Shown in pieces: positions 52,985 to 64,000 of a DNA stretch of 64,000 nucleotides. Positions within the stretch are counted from its first letter, which is position 1. Each line of letters starts with the position of its first letter. Origin of the DNA: Octopus vulgaris (Eukaryota); assembly GCA_951406725.2 (NCBI GenBank), contig OX597814.1:162254001-162318000 (forward strand), given 5' to 3'. A program made the position numbers and the translations under genes. The notes beneath the pieces are model-generated. The model was not told where the DNA came from. It saw only the letters and a list, made by a program, of their open reading frames with translations, and made no database searches.

Positions 52985-53551
52985 AGCTATTCCCTCTATT
53001 TCTCTTTATATATTGATTATTTTTGTCTTGTCAATTAAGTAGAATAACTTTGCTGAAGAGGTCTAACAAGACAGAAAACTGCCTATTACTTTTTAATAGT
53101 TAGCGTTGGAGTTAATCCCCTTTCTTGTTGCTTTTAGATTCTAAAACCTATGAAGGAGTGTTTGCTCCTAATTGCTCAGATGATTGAAGTTTTTTAACTC
53201 ATTATGTTACATATATGTGACCTTTTCATAATCAGCAATTTATTAATCTTTAAGACAAAAAAAAGAAAACAATAAATGATATGTAGTATATTAACTGAAA
53301 TTTCTGTTTCTATTTTGAGTTGTTTAAATAATAGAAGGAAATAGAAAATAGTAAGAGATTCAACTAAATAATGACATAATGAACATGAGATTCCAGATAT
53401 AAATTTAGAGGCTTCTTTCCCAAGAAAATGTCAAATATGTCGAAGAAGAATAAATGTTAAACAATTGCTTATACAGTAAATAATTAACAAATTACATACA
53501 TTTATATAACAGCAGATAAGAAATAGAATGATATGTTTTGCGAACACTTAC

Positions 53552-53594
53552 AAAGATCTTGCAATCATTTGTATGAAATCGTGTAGTTTCTTAC
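53552..53594 (-). other. Candidate 43-nt spliceosomal exon (minus strand)
   Basis: Acceptor taatttctttttctattattttcCAG| and donor |GTAAGT; one frame is open (KKLHDFIQMIARS). Splice motifs only, no transcript evidence. Confidence 0.45.
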
Positions 53595-53927
53595 CTGGAA
53601 AATAATAGAAAAAGAAATTACTCATAAAAATCAAGATTTTTTAATATATATATATATATATATGAAGAATTATTTAATATCTGTTTAAAGTAAACATTTT
53701 TGTATTTGGTTGTTAAATCTAAAAACCAATATTTGTTATTATAAAAGATATATATTATCGAAAAAAAAAAATGAATATTTGTTTTGAAAAAATATTTATT
53801 ATTGAAAAAAAAAACATGCTGAAATTGTTGTAATCAGCTACTGCATCTGCCATCTTTTAACAAGAAATACTTCTCATCTTTTTTTTCATAGATTTTATTT
53901 TTTCTAGTAATATTTTCTCTTTTTCAG

Positions 53928-54114
53928 AATTCAAAGAATTGTGAAAAGAGAAAATACTACTGGATTTTCAGATATTCCTTTTCTTACTTTACATTACTTA
54001 CAAGATAAAACGGTTGAAATTTTTAAATATAATTTCTTAGAGGGTAATTATGGAGATTCTAAACAAATCTGCAATTTTCTGAGTCATCAAAATGCCAGCT
54101 TGCCAGTAAAAAAG
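53928..54114 (+). CDS. Candidate internal coding exon of an unidentified host gene (weakly C-type-lectin-like)
   Basis: Acceptor tattttctctttttCAG|, donor AAG|GTTAGC, 187 nt open through AT-rich unique sequence: IQRIVKRENTTGFSDIPFLTLHYLQDKTVEIFKYNFLEGNYGDSKQICNFLSHQNASLPVKK. Confidence 0.5.
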
Positions 54115-57100
54115 GTTAGCTGTTCATTTTAGATCACTGACAATTTACTATTCACGAGGGAGTCTTTATGTGGTTGCTTGACTTGTGTTAGAAATAGCAG
54201 CCAAATCTCTCCCAAAACACATTCCATTGTCTTAAACACACACAAACATTTAAGATTACATTATTGAGTGTGTCTTTCTTTAGATATATGTGTGTGTAGT
54301 TTTTGCTTTTTGTTCTTTCATCATCTACATATAAAACTGACTTGGAGCTAACAACTTTGACTCTTACTGCTCTAATTAGATACGTTGGAAACAAGTACCA
54401 AGAAGAGGTGAAGCATAATGTTTAATTCAGTGCTAACAAATATGTGTGAATTAGATAATGAGATTCTAAATACACTATATCTGAAAAACAAATGGAATGG
54501 GCATGAGTGGAATGCTTTTGATCATAGCCCTACTTGATCAGGACTAGGTTGGAGGTTTGGAATAGCAACATGTCTAATCCATTTACTCTATGAATAAACC
54601 TCTGACATTTTTCAAACACCTTATTTACTACTTGTGGAATGGATTAAGAAGAAATGCATGAATATATCTAGAAACAGTGATAAAGCATTTTAAGTATAGT
54701 TTTACAGCAGAAATTATGAGGATGACAGGGATGAGGTGAACTGGAAGTATAAGGTCTCTTAAATGGCTGAGGGGGCTTACCGGAAGGAGAGGACTGAGGA
54801 AGTTCATGTGTGCAGAAACAAGACTAGAGTGGGTCCTTTTTCACCTTAGGGTTGTCATATGAGATGAATATGTGTGTAGCTGCATTGAGTAGAGGGAGTT
54901 TGCTGCTAGGTTCTAACCAGAGGTTAGGCAGGTAGGGCACCTTCGGATAAAATTTGGCTGGAAAAGTTTGATGCTCTTTTCTTCCCCATGCAACAGAAAG
55001 GAAGACAGCAAATTGACAGAATTACTAGTGTGTCTGCTAGAACATCGTGTATGGCTTGTTCCTGGCTCTCTACCCTCTGAGTATGAATCCTGCCACAGTC
55101 AAACTTTGTTGTTTGTCCTTTTTGGGTTTGGAATGAAACAGCTTGGTACAGCTCACTGAACATTCAACCTGTTTTGATGACAGTATATTCTAGCACTGGA
55201 AGCAAACACACACACACACACACACACACTGGGCTTCTTCCAGTTTCTGTTTATCAAATCTACTCACAAAGTTTTGGTTGTCCCAAGGTTAGACTAGAAG
55301 ACATTCATCCAAGGTAGGGTGCAGTGGGACTGAACTTAAGAGCACATTGTTGAGAAGCAACTTCAGATTTCAAAGATTCCATACATTTTCATTAAGAATT
55401 AATATTATTTTAACCTCTTTAAGATTACATTTCTTATGAAATACTCTTCTTGTATTTCAGTTAATTTAAGAAATGTTAAATAATTTGTTGGAAATTTCAT
55501 AAAATTACTAAATTTTGCATTGATGTTATGAACATTTTCAAGGTAATGCCCAAACATGGCTGCAGTCTAATGACTGAAATCAGTCAAAAATATTTTAACA
55601 GATGATTCTTAAGAGAATTATTATGAGGAAGGCTTTAAATTATATATAAATATTTTAAACCAGGTGGTTTTGTATCAAAGTACCTGATGCTGTCTAAAGT
55701 AGGTTGGTATCAGAAAGATTAAAATAGAATCCAATAAGCTTGTAGGGAATTTTGTTTTAACAGCAAATTAACAAAAAAAATGAGAAGAGAAAACATAGAA
55801 TGAGTGAGATGGGGTAGACAGAGAAGGCAAAAAGAGAGTAGTGGATAGGGAGAGAGAATGTATAAGTTAAGATAAATAGAGAGAGAGGGAGAGAGAGTGT
55901 GTGGAAGATTGGTGAAAGACAGAGAGAGAGATGGGGGAGATAAAGTAAATGAGAAAAAGAAAAAGATGAAGGAAAATTAAAAGAGGGAAAGAATGAGTGT
56001 GTGAAAAGAAGGAGTTGAAGCAAAAGAGGAAAAGCAAATATAATAGTTTTGTTTAGGTTATAAGAAAAATATGTCTATATTGTGTTTAGTAATTTATTCC
56101 ATTTCAATAACCTTTAGGATTTGCTCTTCATCTTAACTGTGGCTCTGTGATTCTTAAACATTACTAAATCATGTCATCATATTTTAACAATAACAGAGAA
56201 ACCTGTTTTGCTGCCACCTTCATAATATGTGAACAATACTGAATGAAATAGCTAAATCACTGTCCATTTCACAACCTTTGGTCAAATGTCTTGTTTGTTT
56301 AGAACACTTTACACATCTCACAATAATGAGAGTTATAGTACCAGAGAAGCATGATGGAATTTCATTTGAGATCAAACAGACAGCAAAGATTTAAAGTTAA
56401 TTAATGTGGAACCTTCACTAAGAAGCTCTCTATCTTTGCTGTCTTATGAACGGAATAGATAAATTTCTAGCCTTTTCTATTTGTGTTTTTGTATTACAAT
56501 TGTAAAACCTGTTCCTTCTTTGAAAACGAGATTTTGATTATGTAGAATATACAAGATGAAGTCCCTCACCTATTTAGGAGGGCAATAACCTCAAAGAAGA
56601 GCTATCCCAGATTTTGATGATTAAGAGGATGGATGGATGGATGGATGGATGGGTGATGATGGTGGTGATGACAAGGATGATGATGATGATGATGATGATG
56701 ATGTTAACAATGATGATCTTGATGACTGATTTTCAATGTCCAATAAAAATTATGTCTGTAAAAATAGATCATTTGATGTCAATACAAGGAGACATCAAAT
56801 TCTTGCACACACAAATATCCACAACCAACATATGCATACATACACACATATGCAATGGGTTTCTTTCAGCTTCTATCTACCATATCCATTCACAAGATTT
56901 TGGTTAGCCTGAGGCTATAGTAGAAGACACTTTGCCTAAGGTTGCCATGTATTTAGGAACTAAACTTCTGAACCATGCAGCCATGCCTATAGTAATAACT
57001 ATTTATTGAATATTGAAATAACTAAACGGTCTGGAAGTGGTTGGTATTACACAAAGAACCCTCTATGAAATCATAGTCTTTAGTTAATTCTTCATTTTCA

Positions 57101-57520
57101 AACCTCTGTTTCTTAAGAAAATATTTCCTATTTCTGAAGCATCTTAAAACCTAATTATATTTAATGGCAACTGTATAACCCTTATATAGAGGTTACCAGA
57201 TACCTTGCAGTTAAAATACACATGTAGTCACACACCATCACTAACACATATGCATACAATGTGCTACAACAAGCTACCACAGTATCCTCAAAATTACTTT
57301 TCAGAAATATCTGTCATTGAAATTAGAAATGCACTTTAGCCCTTAAGCATAATTTAGTTTTAAGATGCTTCAGAAAGGACATAATACAATCATTGTTGTT
57401 TGCAAATGTACAGGAAACATGTTGTAAGGACTTAAGAACAGAAAACAAAACATGTTTCAACAGTTTTACTTCAGGTAGCTTATCTATAAAAGAGAAGACA
57501 AGAAAGGTTACAGGCATCTA

Positions 57521-57521
<1 letters not shown>

Positions 57522-57588
<67 letters not shown>
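57522..57588. repeat. (AAT)n microsatellite
   Basis: Direct reading. Confidence 0.97.
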
Positions 57589-58748
57589 GTTACTGGAGAC
57601 ATAGGAATAATCCTTTTGAGCAGTAGTCATGGTAACAACAACCGCATTATTAGTGGTAAAAGTTAAGCTAGCTAACTTATTCTAGCAACACATTTGCATG
57701 TCAGTGAAATAAATCTTAAGAAAAAGCTTATCTTACTAAAAAATAAATAAATAAATACATAAATAAATAAAAATAAAAAAAATAACAAAAATAAAAAGAA
57801 GAAAAATATTTAAAAGTACTGCTAGACCTACTTTGAAATTGAAGTCTAAATTTTACTGAAGAGCATTACTGGAGTATGTATGCACACACGCACACACACA
57901 CACATGTATATATACATATATAGACAGATAGAATTATACATCTATACATACACATGTACATGTATACATACATATACATGTACACACACACATACAAATA
58001 TATATATTTTTACATATATATACACACACATATACATTTATATATATATATATATGTGCACACATACACACAGACATATATACGAGAAGTTAGTGGTGTA
58101 AAAGTTACCCTGCTGAGTAAATTGGTGAATGTTTGAGATATTTAGCATAGTATTGCACTCTGAATACTGCTTTCCAGGCAATTCCTTATGAATAGAAATA
58201 TATAAAAAAAAATTCTACACAATAAATAATAAAAAAATACTAACTACACACACATATATGCACACACATACAAACACATGTACATGTATGCACAGAAAAT
58301 ACAAAACAAACATTCATGAGTTACTACTATGCATTAACCATCTCACCCAGCTACCTATAATTTCTTCTAGTACAGAAATGGCCTTATGCTGTTAGCTTTT
58401 TACCTTTCACTCCTTCCATTTACAAACCCATAAATAAATATATGAGCAAATAAATAAAAGCAAAGGCAAATAAGCACCCCCATTATGATATTACATAAAG
58501 AAATCACTGACTTCCTCTTGTAGTTTTAGTTTTCTTAGGTATTCAATTGTCTGCAGCAGTCTAGATTGTATTTATGATGTGTAATCAAATTACATGAGCA
58601 TCCTATCAGTCCTGTTATTTGAGGATACATATACAATTTAAGCTGAAGAATGTTCTTTGGTCTTCATAATTATCATATATCTTACTAAGTGAATGCTTAT
58701 TAAGTATTTATAAATATATTATTACATAATATATATATTTATTTGTGC

Positions 58749-60027
<1,279 letters not shown>

Positions 60028-60112
60028 CTTAGAATAACTTAGAAAGGTTTTTGGCCAGTATTGGCCCAGGCCATGTCTAACTTAATAGCACCACCTGGCG
60101 AAGTCTTTCAGT

Positions 60113-63100
60113 TCAGGATTTGGGCACCAAGGCCCATTCGAGCAGAGAGTTATTGTTTGCGGAGACATATCCGGGTGTGGATGGTTTGTCCGGTACTGTT
60201 TGAAGGAATTTGTCCAAAGACTTCTTGAATTTTGTGTGGTCAGTTTCTTTTTTGACGTGTCCTGGTGTAATGTTGAAGAGAGCGGGTCCAATTGAGGTGA
60301 AATAGTTGTGCCGTATTGTCGTTATGTGATGCGATTTAGATTTTTGTTGTGGACGGATGGCACGTGGTCCAAGCCTTGGATGCATTTTGAAGGTGATGCC
60401 AACATCATTCGGACAGTGCTGATGGAATATTTTCCACATCATACAGATAATGTAGCGTTCACGGCGTCGTTGGAGTGAATACAATTTCAGCTTCTCTAGT
60501 CTACCCCAGTAGTCAAGGTCTGACATGCCATCTATCTTTTTTGTGATTGACCTTTGGGGAGCTTCAATTCTCATAATATTTTGTTTTGTGTAGGGAGACC
60601 ACAGTGGACAGCAGTATTCAAGGTGGGGTCGGGCAAAAGTGGAGAAGAGAAGGATAATAGCGTGGGAATCTCTCGACTGGAAGGTTCTGAGAATCCAGGA
60701 ACACATTCTGCGGGCCATGTCAACTTTGCTGCTTATATGTGTAGCCCAGCTTATGTTGTTGTCCACTGTTACTCCCAGGTCTCTGATGTTGTTGGATGCC
60801 ATGAGAATTTCTCCAGAAGGAAGAGAGTATGGGAGTTTCAGAGCGTCCTCCCTTCCAAAGTGGATCAGTTCGAATTTGTCTTCATTTAGCAACATGTTAT
60901 TCTTTTCCGCCCATTGGACAACAGCTAGTAGGTCTGACTGAAGGTTTATTCGGTCATCCACGCCATTGATGACCTTCTGGAGCTTGGAATCATCAGCGAA
61001 GGTTCTGATGTTGCTGTGTTTGATGGTGTCAGTAATATCATTTATGTAGATGATGAAGAGAAGTGGGCCCAACACAGTGCCTTGTGGGACACCACTGCTG
61101 ACTTTGGCTGGGCTGGATTTGACTCCTTCGACTACAACATGTTGGGTTCTGTTAGAGAGGAAGCACTTGATCCATTGCAGCAGCTTTCCAGTGACACCAA
61201 TATTGGACAGCTTTCTCAGAAGGATCTTATGATCAACCCTGTCAAAGGCCTTGCTGAAATCAAGGTAGATGACATCAGTGTTGGAACCCTCTCCCAAGGC
61301 TCTCAAAATGTCATCAAAATGATGCAGTAGCTGCGTCAGGCAATCTCTCCCATTACGGAATCCATGCTGGTTGGGGTTCAGCATATTATGACTCTCAAGG
61401 AAGTGAGTCATACGCGATCTCAGCACCCTCTCAAATACCTTGATGATATGAGAGGTGAGTGAGATTGGACGGTAATTCACGGCAAGTGATTTGTTTCCTT
61501 TTTTGAAAACTGGGACAACAGACTGGGATAGAAGGTCTTCTGGTATATATCCAGCATCCAATGAGTTCCGCCACAGATTGGCTAGAGGGGGTGCAAGTTG
61601 GTTTTGACACATCTTCAAGACACAAGCAGGGAACCTATCGGGACCTACTGCTGAATTATGCTTCATTTCCTTTATTGCTGCTAAGACATCAGGAGCGCCA
61701 AATGTTATGTCCGATAAAGTGTATTGGGGAGTAACATCACTGATACAGCCCAGATCAGTCATATCAGGATTGCTGAAAACAGAGCAATATTGTTTCTGCA
61801 ATATTTCTCCCATGGTTTTGGCATTGTCTTGAAGAATACCATTTTCATCAATCAGAGGGCCAACAGTAGAACCAGTGACTCTGTGTTTTTTTGCAAATGA
61901 AAAGAACACTTTGGGATTGAGTTTGATCTTCTCAATGGCCCAGGCCTCTTCAGCTCTTCGCTGACTATTGATGATAGACATCATGTTGATTTGGAGTTTA
62001 TGTTTTTTAATCTCTAGCGACGAGATGGCAGTCAGGTTGGTGTGTTGCTGTTGACAGTATTTCAGCATGTTGATCTTTTTGTTGATTCTTTTAATTTTCC
62101 TTATGAGAGATTTTCTATTTCTAGGGATTCGACACTTAGATTTGTTTGCAGATCTTAATGGGGTGTGTCTTGCACATATGTTCGTGATGGTGTCTACAAG
62201 TGACTGCCAGGACTTTTTGATGTTAGTGGGTGTGTATGTGTGCGTGAAGGACCAATCGACTTGTGCAAGATCATTATTGATCGCTTCCCAGTTTGCATTG
62301 TGGAAATCCATAGTGTCAAATGGATGAACAGGAGGGATGACATTTGTTTTGCATTTTGGCCAGTGAAATCTCAGATCACAGAGAACCATGTCATGGTCGG
62401 AGAGTAGGGTTTTCTCCACTGCAATATTGTGGATAGTATCAGTGTGATTGCTGAAAATTAAGTCTAAGACGTTTTTGTGACATCTCGTTGGTTCGAGTAC
62501 CAGTTGGGACAAGAAGAAGTCATCCATGAAGTCAAGAAGCGATTCCACTGCCTCCCTGTCAGGGGTTGAGAGAGAAGAACCTGGCGGCAGACTGTTTGTA
62601 GACCAGTCAACCCCGGGAAGGTTGAAATCTCCCATCATTAAAATGTTGTCAGGTTGACACTGCTGAATGAAACACTTTATGCTGTTGAGGCATTCCTTGA
62701 AGCATGGTAGGGGCGTTTGGGGTGGTCTGTAGAGCCCAACTACTATTAAGTTGTTGGTTTGACTGAATACAGCGACTGCTTCGCAGTATCCATTCGAAAA
62801 TATGTTCATGGCTTCTGTTGAGAATGAATCATGGACATAAATGGCAGTCCCACCCTTTCTTCTGCCAACACGATCAGCACGAATGGTTTTGAAATTTTTA
62901 ACTTTCACCTCGGCTTCCAAGTGGAGGTCACTAAGATGGGTTTCAGTGAGGACGAAGAAAGGGATGTGGTTTGGATGGGCCTCGACCCAGTCCTCCAGGA
63001 ATCTTATCTTCCATTTTTGTGTATTGGTGGAAGGGCTGATGCCTTGGGCATTAAGCAGAAATGTTGAGGCGAGAGTGGATGGTTTTAATTGTTTTGGTGA

Positions 63101-63130
63101 TTTGTTAATTTGATTGCTTTTTAATGGCAT
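60113..63130 (-). CDS. LINE ORF2: AP-endonuclease + reverse transcriptase, 1005 aa, uninterrupted
   Basis: APE motifs NAQG, LTETHL, YRPP, GDFN, LDLIF, SDH; RT motifs GPD, PVFKKG, NYRPISL, QHGFR, LDFSKAFDRV, SGVPQGTVLGP, FADD, RDLGV, RPHLEY. Confidence 0.97.
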   Translation of the reverse strand: MPLKSNQINKSPKQLKPSTLASTFLLNAQGISPSTNTQKWKIRFLEDWVEAHPNHIPFFVLTETHLSDLHLEAEVKVKNFKTIRADRVGRRKGGTAIYVHDSFSTEAMNIFSNGYCEAVAVFSQTNNLIVVGLYRPPQTPLPCFKECLNSIKCFIQQCQPDNILMMGDFNLPGVDWSTNSLPPGSSLSTPDREAVESLLDFMDDFFLSQLVLEPTRCHKNVLDLIFSNHTDTIHNIAVEKTLLSDHDMVLCDLRFHWPKCKTNVIPPVHPFDTMDFHNANWEAINNDLAQVDWSFTHTYTPTNIKKSWQSLVDTITNICARHTPLRSANKSKCRIPRNRKSLIRKIKRINKKINMLKYCQQQHTNLTAISSLEIKKHKLQINMMSIINSQRRAEEAWAIEKIKLNPKVFFSFAKKHRVTGSTVGPLIDENGILQDNAKTMGEILQKQYCSVFSNPDMTDLGCISDVTPQYTLSDITFGAPDVLAAIKEMKHNSAVGPDRFPACVLKMCQNQLAPPLANLWRNSLDAGYIPEDLLSQSVVPVFKKGNKSLAVNYRPISLTSHIIKVFERVLRSRMTHFLESHNMLNPNQHGFRNGRDCLTQLLHHFDDILRALGEGSNTDVIYLDFSKAFDRVDHKILLRKLSNIGVTGKLLQWIKCFLSNRTQHVVVEGVKSSPAKVSSGVPQGTVLGPLLFIIYINDITDTIKHSNIRTFADDSKLQKVINGVDDRINLQSDLLAVVQWAEKNNMLLNEDKFELIHFGREDALKLPYSLPSGEILMASNNIRDLGVTVDNNISWATHISSKVDMARRMCSWILRTFQSRDSHAIILLFSTFARPHLEYCCPLWSPYTKQNIMRIEAPQRSITKKIDGMSDLDYWGRLEKLKLYSLQRRRERYIICMMWKIFHQHCPNDVGITFKMHPRLGPRAIRPQQKSKSHHITTIRHNYFTSIGPALFNITPGHVKKETDHTKFKKSLDKFLQTVPDKPSTPGYVSANNNSLLEWALVPKS

Positions 63131-63999
63131 GTGTAGTGGGGTAATAGTGGTGGATGGCGGTGGGTGATAGCTCGGATGTTTTTTTCCAGTTCTTTTGCTA
63201 GATTCATTAAAGCTAAAAAAGTGGAAGAAGAAGAGGTGGTTTCCTGTCTAGGGAACCGCAGGTGACTGTGGCCGCGGCTATTTTTATGTGAGTGGTTATC
63301 TTTAAATGTCCGACGAGTCCCCGGGAGATGGGTAAAGGGGCAATCCCTGTGCAAACACAATCTGTCTCGCTGGGAATAGCGGCAGATTTGGGGATTCCTT
63401 GTTTGAGATATTGGTGGTTGTGGTGATGTTGTATTATGGTGGTTGCTGTTGTAGTTTGTGGGGATAGAGCGTTTTGTTCCAGGTAAATGGGTGAATTTGC
63501 AGTCTCTATCAGTGCACAGTCTATGGCGAAGAGAATATCGGCAAATGATGGGGTTTCGAGTGGGTGTGTAGGTGCGTGTGTGTGTGTGAGCTGTGAAAGG
63601 TGTAGATGATAGTTTGAAGTTTTGGCGACCTTTGTGACCTGTAGGAGGTAAATTCCTTGAGATAGCATTAGTAGTAGTAGCTGTAGTAGTAGTAGTAGTA
63701 GGTAGAAGAGATGTTGACGGTGGTAATGATTGAGGAGGTCGATTCCAAGACAAAGATGTTTGTCGATATATAGTGGGAGTAGTACTAGTAGTAGTAAGCA
63801 GAGGAGATGGTGTTGACAATGATGATGATTGAGCTGCTGGGGCAGTGAAAGGAAGGGGTGGTGCTTCCTGCTGTGTGACCCTGATGACTGGGGGGTCAAT
63901 CGTTTCATTTAGCAAATCGGCCATTGTAGATGAATCAAGGAGTGGTTCATCCTGTTGTTGTTGTTGAGGTTGTTGTTGTTGCCTCTGAGGTTGTTGCTG
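63121..63999 (-). CDS. LINE ORF1 (C-terminal part; frame open to window edge) with two CCCH zinc fingers
   Basis: The frame stays open upstream of the Met at 63924 (Q/P-rich ..QQQDEPLLDSSTM); C-x8-C-x4-C-x3-H motifs at 63487-63543 and 63328-63384. Confidence 0.88.
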   Translation of the reverse strand, partial: QQQPQRQQQQPQQQQQDEPLLDSSTMADLLNETIDPPVIRVTQQEAPPLPFTAPAAQSSSLSTPSPLLTTTSTTPTIYRQTSLSWNRPPQSLPPSTSLLPTTTTTTATTTNAISRNLPPTGHKGRQNFKLSSTPFTAHTHTRTYTPTRNPIICRYSLRHRLCTDRDCKFTHLPGTKRSIPTNYNSNHHNTTSPQPPISQTRNPQICRYSQRDRLCLHRDCPFTHLPGTRRTFKDNHSHKNSRGHSHLRFPRQETTSSSSTFLALMNLAKELEKNIRAITHRHPPLLPHYTCH

Positions 64000-64000
64000 C

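Noticed and set aside
53138-53187. Plus-strand acceptor followed by DSKTYEGVFAPNCSDD*
   Set aside because: Short, and it would place a stop upstream of the better exon candidate; indistinguishable from chance.
60554-63113. Plus-strand ORFs antisense to LINE ORF2
   Set aside because: Short shadow ORFs with no motifs.

Overview
AT-rich, microsatellite-dense eukaryotic (animal) DNA. The repeat repertoire (tRNA-head SINEs with internal (TG)n/(TATG)n, SINEs ending in (GAT)n, RTE/CR1/Tx1 LINEs, mariners) looks like an octopus/cephalopod genome; this assignment is inference from recalled repeat families, not a database hit. The window appears to be intronic/intergenic, with no complete host gene visible. 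Well-supported content: (1) a LINE with an intact 1005-aa APE-RT ORF2 and an ORF1 carrying two CCCH zinc fingers, running off the right edge, with its 3' end abutting a ~1.3 kb (TA)n tract; (2) a GC-rich, 5'-truncated CR1-type LINE inserted with an AAGATC TSD into a decayed mariner; (3) a full-length Hsmar1-like mariner with perfect 23-bp TIRs, plus other mariner/maT relics; (4) a Ty3/gypsy relic (LTR+PBS+gag/RT) nested in an RTE; (5) Tx1, R4/Dong-type and RTE fragments, hAT and piggyBac-type MITEs, and many SINEs. Most interesting non-obvious signals: a minimal Penelope-type hammerhead ribozyme fold with a variant core (11279-11316, minus), a 298-bp fold-back hairpin, a minus-strand 43-nt exon that starts with a 5' splice site (recursive-splice architecture), a candidate plus-strand lectin-like exon nearby, and a perfect 20-bp inverted repeat in unique sequence. 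No prokaryotic system or CRISPR array was seen. SINE and relic boundaries are approximate.
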